A stretch of DNA of 64,000 bases, from positions 53,134,001 through 53,198,000 of the forward strand of contig NC_043003.1 of NCBI RefSeq assembly GCF_006345805.1. Reading direction: 5' to 3'. The stretch's first letter is position 1, and each line of letters begins with the position of its first letter. Below, piece by piece: positions 52,485 to 64,000 of this stretch. This DNA comes from Octopus sinensis (taxonomy: Eukaryota). Below the pieces are notes generated by a model that was not told where the DNA came from, did not search any database, and worked only from the letters and a program-made list of their open reading frames with translations. Made by a program: the position numbers and the translations under genes.

Positions 52485-52532
52485 GTCTTACAGCTGTTTC
52501 TAGGATATTAATAATATCCCTTCGTCGGAGAC
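52485..52532 (-). ncRNA. Minimal type I hammerhead, left arm
   Basis: GTCT-CCGACGA-A-GGGATATT..AATATCCT-A-GAAA-CAGCT-GTA-AGAC. Confidence 0.7.
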
Positions 52533-52550
52533 GGATTTTCCTCTCACACC

Positions 52551-52602
52551 GTCTCCGATGAAGGGATATTATTAATTAATATCCTAGAAACAGCTGTAAG
52601 AC
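52551..52602 (+). ncRNA. Minimal type I hammerhead, right arm
   Basis: GTCT-CCGATGA-A-GGGATATT..AATATCCT-A-GAAA-CAGCT-GTA-AGAC. Confidence 0.72.
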
Positions 52603-52845
52603 CTTCTATCTATAAATGCTCTAATATTTATACAGCCTTGATTTTTTTATCTTATTACGCAAAAAAATTCTTATACACACACGGTGACATAGAACCAACT
52701 TTGAATTCTTCATTCGCAATATTACCGGAACTTAACTATGGGCTGTCTATAGCACTTATTCGGCATTACCTGACACCTTTGGATCTCAATGACACCATCA
52801 TCTCTTATATATATATAAACATACATACATACATACATACATACA

Positions 52846-52920
<75 letters not shown>

Positions 52921-53369
52921 ATGTATATATGTATGTACGTATATTTCTGCGTGCGTGTGTTTGTGACAGTTATCATAGACAACCAATTTCTTCTACGATG
53001 TGTTACCCGTTCACACTCATATACGTATACTCACAACTCTAAATATTGGTTGGGGGAAGATAACTGAATGAGCATTCTATTAATAATTGCATATCAGATA
53101 TCTAGGCTATTACTTCAAGCAACTCTATATCAAACGATTATTCTGATAGGAGTTCAGCTGATTGATTGATTGATTTCCAGAGATTTCTCTTCAGAACTGA
53201 ATTGGTTAGAAATGGAAATTAACCTTCACGTAGATATGTGGATAGCTAATCCATCTCCGAGAACTAAACACATCAAGTAACAGAATGGTTATCATGCAGT
53301 ACTTCCGCTACATACAATAATGGACCCATGGACCCATCCGGCATAAGCTACTCTTTGTAGTAATTCCTT

Positions 53370-53801
53370 GGATCTTTTCGGTTTGAACGGCAGTTTTTAA
53401 CATCATTTCTAGGTAACTAAAAAATTTTATACTTCGTATACTGGTAGAATGTGTTTATAAAACATCTTTTTCTCTTGGCTTTATTGAGAAAATTATATAG
53501 TTTGTAAGATATTTGCTGTTTTTTTCTTCAATTTCTGCAATTTCAACCAATCACTGACGTATTTGAGGTAAAAAAAAACATTCTGTGCCGTATGAATATG
53601 TCCCTCGTTTAAGAAATAGATTGGGTTTATTTACATTTGTGAAGAAAAAAAGACACCCTCCCCCCACCCATAACCCTAACCCTAACTAACCCGAACCCTA
53701 AAATAGATTGAAATACAATAGATCGATACTAGGGTCATAATTATGGTTGACAATTTCATATGACACAGCTAGAAAAACTGCCGTTCAAACCGAAAAGGTC
53801 C
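53370..53801. mobile_element. MITE, probably Merlin superfamily
   Basis: 29-bp TIR GGATCTTTTCGGTTTGAACGGCAGTTTTT, 8-bp TSD AATTCCTT (53362 and 53802); internal TAACCC repeats. Confidence 0.85.
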
Positions 53802-53809
53802 AATTCCTT

Positions 53810-53890
53810 TGATTCTATGTAAAGCATCGGGCACCAAAAGTGATTTCCATCCGTTTCGACCTTTTGCAATTGATTTCAGTTGTCCCGAGG
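53810..53890 (-). mobile_element. RTE LINE extreme 3' fragment
   Basis: GQLKSIAKGRNGWKSLL resembles RTE C-termini. Confidence 0.5.
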
Positions 53891-54311
53891 TGTGAACTCT
53901 CCTCCTTCTCCTATGCTAAACAACAGACAAGTGTTCTACAACTTTTCACTGGACAACTGGACAAATGATATTTTTGTAGTGATCGACTGTTTCTGCTCCA
54001 CATTATCTCACTTTTACCATCACATCAACATTGCATGTAGTGCCGTAGAAGAACATGAAAGATATGTTTTGCTCAAAAATACAAAATACCGTCTGAGACC
54101 ACGATGTTGCGGTCGCGAGTTTAACACCTCAACCATTAGGCTACCCGCATGTTTAGCCGCCAGTACATTGCTTCATACGCTATCTCCGAGGATCCCCTCC
54201 CCTTACAAGGAACGGCTTCATAAGTTCACTTCTTGGTGTTTCAGTTGCAATGTAGAATATTCTGTCTCAACCAGACTTGGTACCAGTTATAACGAAGTTA
54301 ACGTACTATTT

Positions 54312-54395
54312 GAGTAAACGAATAACAATGACTTTTCTGATAAATTAAAAAACAGAATTTACTCCTCCTACTCCTCCTCCTCCTCCTCCTCCTCC

Positions 54396-54472
<77 letters not shown>

Positions 54473-54746
54473 TTCTTCTTCTTCTTCTTCTTCTTCTTCT
54501 TCTTCTTCTTCTTCTTCTTCTTCTTCTCCTCCTCCTTCTTGATGCAGCACGGAATTTTGTCAGTGAACAGGTCGCGGTCTCAAAGCGACGAAAATATTTT
54601 AGCAAATTAAATTTAAATGTTGAAGTGAATCTAACGGTTTTTTTGTGTGTTTCTTAAATGGCTTATAAACACCTTCCACGCTGCAATTGTTTTCGTTCCA
54701 GCACACGATCTCAGATCAGATCACTTGCTATGCAAGTACATCTCCG
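54312..54746. mobile_element. Composite insertion (captured microsatellite segment plus hammerhead-bearing repeat) between 13-bp direct repeats
   Basis: TAACGTACTATTT at 54299-54311 and 54747-54759. Confidence 0.7.
54553..54608 (+). ncRNA. Hammerhead-like motif with G3-C8 core variant
   Basis: TTTGTCA-GTGAACA-G-GTCGC-GGTCTCAAA-GCGAC-GAA-AATATT-T-TAGCAAA. Confidence 0.5.
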
Positions 54747-55564
54747 TAACGTACTATTTACTGAAGGTCAATTGACTCAATGAATATTTCACAATGCTTA
54801 TGGTGACATATTACAAATGCTAATTCATCGAACTTCAGAGAGACTGACTGTCGGCCACTGCAGTTGTTACTTTAAACGAACCTATAGAAAAATGATAAAT
54901 AAACCCCCAGCAAATCTGAGAAATGACTAACAACAAACTAGAATCTATGTGACTATATATATGGCAGTGACAATCTCAGACATCTTAATAGATACAGTTG
55001 AAAGAAGGCTTCATGTCTTTAAAAAGATATCTAAGTATATTTATCCTGACACAAGCATCGTCATTTGGTTTAGAATTTTATTTCACGGTCACATAGTTCT
55101 GGGTTTGAGCCCTCAGTGTGGTACGCTGAGTGGATGTCTTGAACTGTAGCTTCTGTTTTGGATGATGATTTAGTAGAGAAAAGAATTTTATACAGAAATT
55201 GTGCAGATGCTCCTCGCTAGTGTGTGTGTGCGTGCGTGCGTGCGCGCGTGTATGTTTGTGTGTGTGTGCGTGCGTGCGTGCGTGCGTGCGTGCGCGCGTG
55301 TATGTTTGTGTGTTTGTATGTGTGTGTGTGTGTGTGTGTAAGCCTATTTACTATGTATACAAATATATCAAATTTCCCAATTTCTCCGGAACTTGACTCA
55401 CAAATTTGTATTCTATGTGTTTAACACTTTATTAAATACATTGTGTGTATTCTCTTCTAGTTGTAATTATTAGCAATCTTCCTGCAAGGAAGGACCTGAT
55501 TTGTAACAAAGTCCCATCGTTGGAATATATGCCAAAGAAGAAAGCAAATTCACTCATTAAACTG

Positions 55565-55643
55565 ACGAAGAAGAAGAAGGAGAAGAAGAAGAAGAAGAAG
55601 AAGAAGAAGAAGAAGAAGAAGAAGAAGAAGAAGAAGAAGATGG

Positions 55644-55680
<37 letters not shown>

Positions 55681-55745
55681 GGAGGAGGAGTAAATTTTTT
55701 TTTTAATTTATCAGAAAAATCATTGTTATTCGTTTATTCAAATAC
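55565..55745. repeat. (GAA)n(GAT)n(GAG)n plus ~60 bp unique; inverted partner of 54307-54540
   Basis: TTTAATTTATCAGAAAAA-TCATTGTTATTCGTTTA is the reverse complement of 54314-54350. Confidence 0.85.
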
Positions 55746-55784
55746 ATACTACTATACCAACGATTTTCTATTTTAATTTCTACT

Positions 55785-55786
55785 AT

Positions 55787-55849
<63 letters not shown>

Positions 55850-55867
55850 CTCTATATCTCTCTCTCA

Positions 55868-55901
<34 letters not shown>

Positions 55902-56258
55902 TTATGCACGCAAGAGTGAATCAACATTTCAGTGCAATATATAAAGACACTAAAAGTTCCAACTCAAATATATACAAAAACAGTATGCAAATACATAGCT
56001 GGTGGTTGGGAATAAAACCCGTTCTTCAAGTATACTTGGTGTGTGTATATATTTGTATGTATATGTATGTGTATGTATGTATGTATGTATGCATGAATAT
56101 ATCCATGCATATCTGTGTGTGTATGTATGTGTGTGTATGTATGTGTGTGTGTGTGCGTGTGTGTGTATGCGTGTGTGTGTGTGTGTATGTGTGTGTGTGT
56201 ATGTGTGTGTGTGTGTATGTGTGTGTGTGTGTATGTGTGTGTGTGTATTGTGTGTGTG

Positions 56259-56291
<33 letters not shown>

Positions 56292-56325
56292 GAGTTTGTG
56301 TGTGTGTGTGTGTGTGCGCGTGCAT
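55785..56325. repeat. (CT)n and (TG)n microsatellites
   Basis: Direct reading. Confidence 0.9.
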
Positions 56326-57449
56326 ATATGTAAACGAGGTGACCAAAGCGTAATCCGGCAATGTTGCAACGTTAAATTTTAAACAAATATAAATAAAGAT
56401 AACACATACAGATAAGTTTCTGTGTGCGTGCGCGAGTGTGTGGAGAGGGTTAAGAGAGATTAAGACCAGCTGAGATTAGTATCCGGCAGCGAGAAAGAAA
56501 GAAGTCAAACAGAAATAGGATATTTGGCTCGTTATTCATTTCTTATAACATGGCCAGATGTCCCGACTTCCCTCTCCACAGAGAAGCCGAACAAATGCGT
56601 CTGTCTAGGCAATACATGTTGTACTGGAAATGGAGAGATGAAGTAACAGTGCAATACATGCATTGATAATAATAAATCTACTGTCATGAGAGTAACAAAT
56701 GTACAATAGATATTAAAATACAAGTAGAAATATGTAATGAAGTTTAAAAAGAAACGAAAAATAAGATAATATAAAAATAAAACAAAATATAAATAAAAAG
56801 TTCAATAAAATTAATAACTGGTATTATCAATAATATTAATACGCTAACTTTTGTTTTTGTGCGTCACGCTTACTTCTTTGAAGTGGTAAAGCGAGAGTGA
56901 GGAAGAGAGAGAGGAAGTAAGAGAGAAAGAGAGAGGGTGTGAGAGAGAGAAAGAGAGAGTGAGAGAGGAAGTAAAAGTGTGAGAGAGAAAGAGAGAGAGA
57001 GTGAAAGAAACATCAGTGGTGACGGCGTTCGTTTTGTATTTATAAATATTTCAGAGAGGACGTAAGAGAGAAAGAAAGAGAGTGAGAAAAAGTGAAAGAG
57101 AGAGAGAGAGAGAGAGAGTGAAAGAGACAGTGAGTGGTCACGGCGTTCGTTTTGTGTTTATGAAATGTTCATCACATCGCAATAGAAGCAGATACATAGA
57201 TACATATACACATAGTTTAATCAAATGCGGGAGAGAAGAGGGACACAAAGGAAATGAAAGAGAAAGAGAGAAAATGAGAGAGACAATTCATACATAGATA
57301 CATTGACACAGTAAATATTGACTGTTAGTTTCACTTTTCATTATCACACGAGAATAAAATTAACTCAAAAATGGCTGAGTACTCCATAGCTACATACATA
57401 CATACATACATGCATACATACATACATACATACATACACACATACATAC

Positions 57450-57480
<31 letters not shown>

Positions 57481-57510
57481 CATACATACATACATACATA
57501 CATACATACA

Positions 57511-57546
<36 letters not shown>

Positions 57547-57554
57547 TTTCAATT

Positions 57555-58560
57555 TGGCAAGTCCACTCATAAAATTTCTCAGCTTGTAATAGCAAAAGAG
57601 CTTGTGGTAATCTCGCATGCAGCGATGTTTTAACACCCACAAACCGTTCAAACAAGGCGTCTTTCACACCTGGTGCTTTTGTTTTACGACCTCCTCCAGC
57701 AACTCTGAAACGTTTCTTTAGATTTTTTCAGCGCTGTCAAGTTCACCTTTTAGATATTTTCATAGTAGCGTTTGACTACTTTAAAAGCAGAATCAAATAG
57801 ACGATCAGAGTTTTTGACACCAGCCAAATTCGAGTGAAAAGAAAGAACTACTTTGGCGAGATATCCCTGTTTCGGGATGTCTGGGACATGGCATTTCCTT
57901 TTAGCATCCCAATAAGTTTTCTGTTTCATTCATTCTAATACATAATCATACTCCGCTTTGCATCTGTTCACCACGATAGCAAGTGTTTGTTTTTCTTCTA
58001 TAGAATAATTTCATTACGTCGCACTACGAAATACTCTTTTCTTTGTCATGATGTTATGAAAATAAGTTCAAAGAGAAATTACTTGAGTAATGTTGATGTT
58101 GTTAAATCCTTATTCCGTAAAAAGCTTGTCCTGTAAGGATAAATATTTCGTCATTGAAGTTCTTAGTTTGCATGGAATTTGTGTTGGTGATTGGTAGAGT
58201 AATCGTAGACAAATTGAAAATGAAGATTTATTGACTACAGCGTGGAGTAGCAGTAAACTCACGCGTATGTCACAGACTGGAGCAGTTATCCAGATTCAAG
58301 TTTTTATAAACTCTGGTTGGTTGTAAAGCCTATTTTCTAACAGAAATTTCCTTGTTTTCTATGTGTCTTGAAGCAGGTGTGTTGTATCTCGAAATGATTG
58401 ATCTTCTTGTGGTTGAAGGTTATCAATGCCCTAAAATGTTGAAGGCTCGCATATACTATAGGTAAAATTTTTTCTTCCATGCGTTATGAAAACTAGCAGA
58501 ACACTCCAGGTTTTCTTCCCATTCCTGTCATGTTTTTTCTTCTTTTTTGTTATGCTAATT
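57555..58560 (-). mobile_element. Degraded pogo-like transposase N-terminal part (CENP-B-type HTH)
   Basis: [53 protein letters not shown]; upstream limit uncertain. Confidence 0.55.
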
Positions 58561-58699
58561 CACAATTTGTGTCAGTCAAAATAAAAATGAATTCCTCAGA
58601 GTTTGTTGCTTTGTACTAGTAACGGGAATGAGTTCAATCGACTTTCCCGTTCCATTGTGCCTAAGCAACGGGCAACGTGCCTTGCAGCATAGAGTTATG

Positions 58700-58838
58700 G
58701 CCCATTAGGTTCTGAGTTCAATCCTGCTGAGGTTAGCTTTACCTTTCATCCTTACGGGGTCGATAAAACAAAGCACCACCGCTTTAATCCACTAGTCCCT
58801 CCCTACAAATTGTTGGCCTTGTGCCTAAATGAGAAATC
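58700..58838 (+). mobile_element. SINE family B fragment
   Basis: GTTCTGAGTTCAATCC...ACCTTTCATCCTTACGGGGTCGATAAAA. Confidence 0.75.
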
Positions 58839-58849
58839 ATTATTTAAAA

Positions 58850-59295
58850 TTTTCTAGGCTGTCACCCATAATTTTTTAAAACCAATATGAATAATACCAT
58901 ATGTTATTTTATAACATATGGTATTACTTGTAATGCTCTTCTTTGTCATATATATATATAATGTAATATTCGTAGCCACTTTAACATGGCTGTCCGTTTT
59001 CAGATGTTTCTTCGAGTTGGGTGGTATTGAACCCAATGTTCCAATAACAACAGGTACGACCTTTACGTTTGATACATCTTAGCTGTCACATTTTGGCGAT
59101 CTCAATTATTAGGTCTCCATATTTATAAATCTTTTCTCTTTCTTTTATGATAATATGTTGATATCTTGGCACTGCCACGTCGATTATTAGGTACTCTTGT
59201 TTTCCCTCCTAAAGGTTACTATGTCCGGCTTTCGGGGCTCTAACACCTTGTCTGTCTGGAAGTCAAAGTTCCAGACGATTTTTGCCTTCCCCTAT
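58850..59295 (-). mobile_element. Dong/R4-type LINE endonuclease fragment
   Basis: WNFDFQTDKVLEPRKPDIV, IIDVAVP, KYGDL, VVPVVIGTLGSIP. Confidence 0.85.
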
Positions 59296-59339
59296 TATTA
59301 TTGTTGTTGTTGTTGTCGTCGTTGTTGTTGTTCTCATTT

Positions 59340-60460
59340 TCATATACACACAACAGATTAGTCTTGGGAAAAATCCTAACATTGGGCTTCAACAAGTAAC
59401 CTTAAATTTCAAGAACCCTACAAAGTATCCTAGCCGCCACTAATAAGACAGTTTTCAGGAGCTGTACTATATTGGGTGTTATGCTTATTTCCTCTTACCA
59501 TTTGTTAAGATCTTTAGGGATAGTTCCCAATGCACTTATAACAACTGGGTTACATTTTACCCACACTCTGTAATTCAATGGTTAGGTCCTGGTACTTTGC
59601 TATTTTTTTCTATACATCTCATATTGATTTCTTTCCTCATTTGGGACTGTAAATTCAATTATTTGGCACTTTCTATTCTCTTTATCTGCTACTAAATCAG
59701 GCCTTAGTTTCTATTACTCTGTCAGTCTGGATGTTAAAGTCTCACACCATCTTGTATTTGTTACTTTCTAGTACTTTACTAGGTTCGTGTTCATGCCATC
59801 TATCAGTATGTTCAAATCCTATCTTTCTACATATCTCCCAGTGGATTACTCTCCCTAGATTGTCATGTCTTTTCTTGTATTCTTTCTGTGCCAGCATGCT
59901 ACATTCAGATACTATATGAGTAACGCTTTCCTCTTTTGATTTGCATAATCTACATGGGGAATCTGCTTGGTTTTGCCTATCTTGGCTTGTATCCAATTAG
60001 TCCTTAGTGCTTGATCTTTTGTAGCTACTAACAAACTTTCTGTCTCCCTTGCTAAAACGCTTCAGATCATCCACGTAGAGCAAATAGTTAATTTTTCCCT
60101 TAATATTTCTTAACTGAACTGCCTTCCTTAATACTAAACTGAAGGGGATCAAACAAGACAAATATTAAAGGCTACAACGAGACCTATGGAAAATTCTTCG
60201 TTTGATATTAACTTTCCCAAAGAGTGTGTCACCTGAGCAGAGATCAACTTTCCATTTTTTCATGCTAAACCTAATTAATTATCTTATGCTGTCTGCTATA
60301 CTGAATATACTCAAACTTTCATTTATCTATGAGTGTGGGATCATGTTATAGGCTTTCCTATAATCTATCCATGCTATTGTCAAATTATTCTTTCTAGCTT
60401 TTACTTCATTTAGAACTGCTTTGTCTATGTATAATAGATCATGATTTCCTCTGGCCTTAA
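59340..60460 (-). mobile_element. Dong/R4-type LINE, internally deleted (RT, CCHC and RLE)
   Basis: AWIDYRKAYNMIPHS, LLYVDDLK, CRLCKSKEESVTHIVSECSMLAQKEYKKRHDN, DFNIQTDRVIE. Confidence 0.9.
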
Positions 60461-60524
60461 ATTATGAATTTTAAATTTTAAATTTTACTCACAGGTTTGC
60501 AGTTTTTGTATAGAAATATTGCAG

Positions 60525-60545
60525 TATGATGATGATGATGATGAA

Positions 60546-60576
<31 letters not shown>

Positions 60577-60594
60577 TTAATAATGATAATAATA

Positions 60595-60634
<40 letters not shown>

Positions 60635-60786
60635 CATCAACGACGACGACGACGACGATGATGATGATGATGATGATGACGATGATGATGATGATAATAA
60701 TAATAATAATAATAATAATAATATAATAATTATTATTATTATTAAATTATTATTATTATTATTACTATTATTATTATTACTATTAC

Positions 60787-60835
<49 letters not shown>

Positions 60836-60852
60836 GTTATTATTATTATTAC
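60525..60852. repeat. Compound (GAT)n/(TAA)n/(TTA)n trinucleotide tract
   Basis: Direct reading; switches from TAA to TTA at ~60730. Confidence 0.95.
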
Positions 60853-61383
60853 AGATTCAAAGATTCTGTCTGTTTAGCTTGTGTTAAGGGAATGTTAGCT
60901 TTTACGCAATTATTTTATGAACAGGCTATAGTATTTGACTTCGTTGAATAGCTTCACCTACTGTTATCGTTGTTGTTAACCACGCTCGCTATCTTCGAAG
61001 CAAATGATTTGAGGGTTTGGAATTCTTTTTTATTGTTCTTATTTCAATAAACTGTTCTTTATTTTTTGTGCATTCAGTTTTTTTGTTGTGATTTTTTGGT
61101 TTTTATCTTTGTTTTCTATACTATTTTGATATTCCGTTTTGTAGCAGAAGTATGTTTGGCAGCCATTTTAGAAGTGTGTGAATTAATTTTTTTGAATTTG
61201 TAAAACAATTTTTTTATGGATCTTGTAAAACACAGGCGGGCTTTCTTTAGAGCTTTTCCTATGGGTGTTTTTATCTACACTTCACGGAAAATTTTATTCG
61301 GCAATGCTTGAATAAATCGTATTTCGAAGAGAAAAGTCAAACCATGTCTCAACCTTACATGAGACAGTAATAATAATAATAAC

Positions 61384-61429
<46 letters not shown>

Positions 61430-61447
61430 TAATAATAATAATAATAA

Positions 61448-64000
61448 GATGTGAGAACGATAAAACAGTGCTCCGAAATCTATCCACAAACATCGAATAC
61501 AAAGACATCGTATGGAGCCAAAAATTAACTGACAAAGGATTGGACTATATCCGAGTAAGTAATACTCATTGAAATTTATTACTAATTTCGAAACGAAATG
61601 ATGTATTTTAACTCAATATCATCTCCACCTCTAACACAACACATGTAAACATGCGTGGTACATTACGATCCATCAACACCAGATCATCTCAGACCCCAAA
61701 CACCATGTACAAAAAAACTACAAAGAAATTAAATAACACCGATATTATTCAACCCAAGAATAACAATCGGGAAGTACGTACTTTAAATTTACAACATAAA
61801 ATGTGCGAAAAACTACACGTGCAAAACAATGTGACAACAGAAATGAACGGACCGGTACCCTACGAAAATGACGACCGTCAAAATAATGAGCCGGACGTTG
61901 TTCCTCATGTCCCGCAAATAAAACCCAAAAGACATAAATGGACACGTGAGGAATACATTTCTATCCTACACGCTTACTTTACAGCTGTGCTCTACCTAAA
62001 GAATGAAAACACAACAACACATACATATAAAATATGGAAGGAAAATAACATAAATATAGACTTGGATACAGTAATGAACCCTAATAAACTAGCTAACGTA
62101 CGAAGATATATTCTCAACGCAAAAAAATATCAGAAATAGAAATAGAACATTTAAAAGAAAAAATACATCAGGAAAATGTAGATAGAAGCCACACAACAAT
62201 ACCCAATAATATAAACACTGAAACAGTAAAACACGAAGACAAACGTAACATTTCCAACAAAAACGATGTAAACAAAAAACAACAAACCCAGACCGTAAGG
62301 ATGCATAATAATACACGACAAACAGCAAGCCAAAACACGACAAACAAACATACAAATGAGAAAGAAAGCGACACAAATCTAAAACCTGGAAACAACGAAG
62401 GGGAGCCTAATGATTATGATACTATAAAAAGTAGAATAATCAAAGAACTGAAAACCACAGAGCTCAAAATGGACCACCGACCATACCTCCCAAAAATCAA
62501 TATAGACAAAACAACAACACCAATTATAAACAGCATAAACCTAGCCGTCACGGAACTAATAGCTACTGAAACAAAAAGCGATATCACTGAGCTAAATGAC
62601 TTAGTATACGCAGCAGCCACTGCAGCCACAAAAGAAGCTGGATACTCACTCAAACCCATCCAAACAGGAGTACCATCACCCAAACAAACCCTGTGGATAA
62701 ATAACATCCAAAACGAAATACAAAAAATGAGAAAAGATCTGTCGATTCTTAATGAAATCAGTAGACAATCAACCTACTGGGCAACAAAAAGAAAACAAAA
62801 ATACTCCACAAATACAACATCACAGAAAAAGATTTACCTGAGATAAAAGAAAAACTAAAGTAAGATATCCTTGCCAAAGCACAAAGGGTCCGTCGGTACG
62901 AGAAACGCCAACATTTCTTTGAACAAAACAAAAAGTTCAACTCCAACCCCAAAAAGTTCTACCAAGAACTTGGCAAAAATAAAATAGAAATCACTGCAGC
63001 ACCAACGGCAGAAGAAGTGGAAGAATTCTGGAGAGAAATATGGTCGGCGAACGAACAACCAAAAAAAAGGAGTATTAAAACAACAAACTCAGTATCTGAG
63101 CAACTTTGGACCCCCATAACAACTGAAGAGGTCACCTAGGCACTGCAAAGACTAAGCAACAGGAAGGCACCTGGGCATGACAAGATCCCCAACTTCTGGT
63201 TGAAATATCTAACAGGAATGCACAAAAAGTTGTCTGAAAACTTTAACAACATACTAGCAGAGCCAGAGACAATGCCTGAATGACTCACGAAGGGGAAAAA
63301 CCATCTTAATTCCCAAATCAAATGAGACAGCAAAACCCAGAAAACTACAGACCTATAACCTGTCTCTCAACAATGTACAAGGCATTTACTGCAGTAATAT
63401 CGCAAAGATTGAACAAGCACCTGGGCGAAAACAACCTGTTTCCAGAAGAGCAGAAAGGATGCCGCAAAGGCTCGTATGGCTGTAAAGATCAACTAATGAT
63501 TAATAAAGCCATAACTGAAGACAGCCACAGAAAGAAGAAAGGCCTCAGTATGGCCTGGATCGACTACAAAAAGGCGTTTGATAGCGTCCCCCACACATGG
63601 ATCCTCGAAACACTAGCCATTAACAAAGTAGCACCAACAATTATAAAATACATAGAACACTCTATGAATAAATGGTAAACAGTGCTACAGCTCCAAACAA
63701 AAGAGGGACTCATGAAAACCAAAGCCATCCCCATTAGAAGAGGAATATTCCAGGGAGACACGCTCTCTCCACTCCTTTTCTGCTTAGCACTGTCACCTCT
63801 ATCTGATATGCTAAATAGAACTGGATGCGGATATAAATTTTACGGCAAAACGATCAGCCACCTTTTATATATGGATAACCTAAAACTATACGCTGCAAAT
63901 GACAAACAGCTGGAAACACTATTAAAGACAGTTCATGGATTTACCAAAGAAATAGATATGAAATTTGGATTAGAAAAATGCGCCAAAGTAACCCGAAAAG
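61448..64000 (+). mobile_element. Dong/R4-type LINE, 5' portion running off the window end; ORF broken by frameshifts and stops
   Basis: Starts directly after (TAA)n 61367-61447; RHKWTREEY, KAPGHDKIPNFWLK, NYRPITCL, EEQKGCRKGSYGCKDQLMI, AWIDYKKAFDSVPH, GIFQGDTLSPLLFC, HLLYMDNLKLYA. Confidence 0.93.

Larger units (their letters stand above)
52420..52670. repeat. ~115-bp-arm palindrome (Penelope-type inverted pLTR)
   Basis: TTTTTTGCGTAATAAGATAAAAAAA...GGAGACGG / CCGTCTCC...TTTTTTTATCTTATTACGCAAAAAA with a ~14-nt loop. Confidence 0.92.

Noticed and set aside
53671-53700. Telomere or chromosome-fusion scar
   Set aside because: Only a few degenerate TAACCC units, internal to a MITE with TIRs and TSD
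61651-64000. Active LINE ORF
   Set aside because: Multiple frameshifts and stops and YMDN in place of YMDD, although some indels could be assembly errors

Overview
AT-rich, microsatellite-dense eukaryotic DNA, almost entirely transposon-derived. The SINE families resemble octopus tRNA-derived SINEs, so a cephalopod (Octopus-like) source is inferred, not verified. I found no supportable host protein-coding gene, rRNA, tRNA or CRISPR array. Most ORFs in the supplied track are microsatellite translations. Recognisable content: three SINE families, Dong/R4-type RLE LINEs in (TAA)n and (TACA)n tracts, an RTE LINE, a Tx1/L1 LINE with a 20-bp TSD, two Penelope-like (GIY-YIG) remnants, Tc1/maT/mariner/pogo/Merlin-type DNA transposon relics, non-autonomous Helitrons and a 1.6-kb tandem duplication. 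The main hidden signal is a set of minimal type I hammerhead ribozyme (HHR) motifs from several unrelated repeat families. These are a 397-bp, 2.7-unit tandem array with one HHR per unit (non-LTR retrozyme-like, predicting 397-nt monomeric or circular RNAs), an HHR in the loop of a perfect 104-bp hairpin, a palindrome with an HHR on each strand, an HHR whose distal stem was hit by a Tx1 insertion, and an HHR with a swapped G3-C8 catalytic-core pair. All were found by eye; none has been tested for activity.
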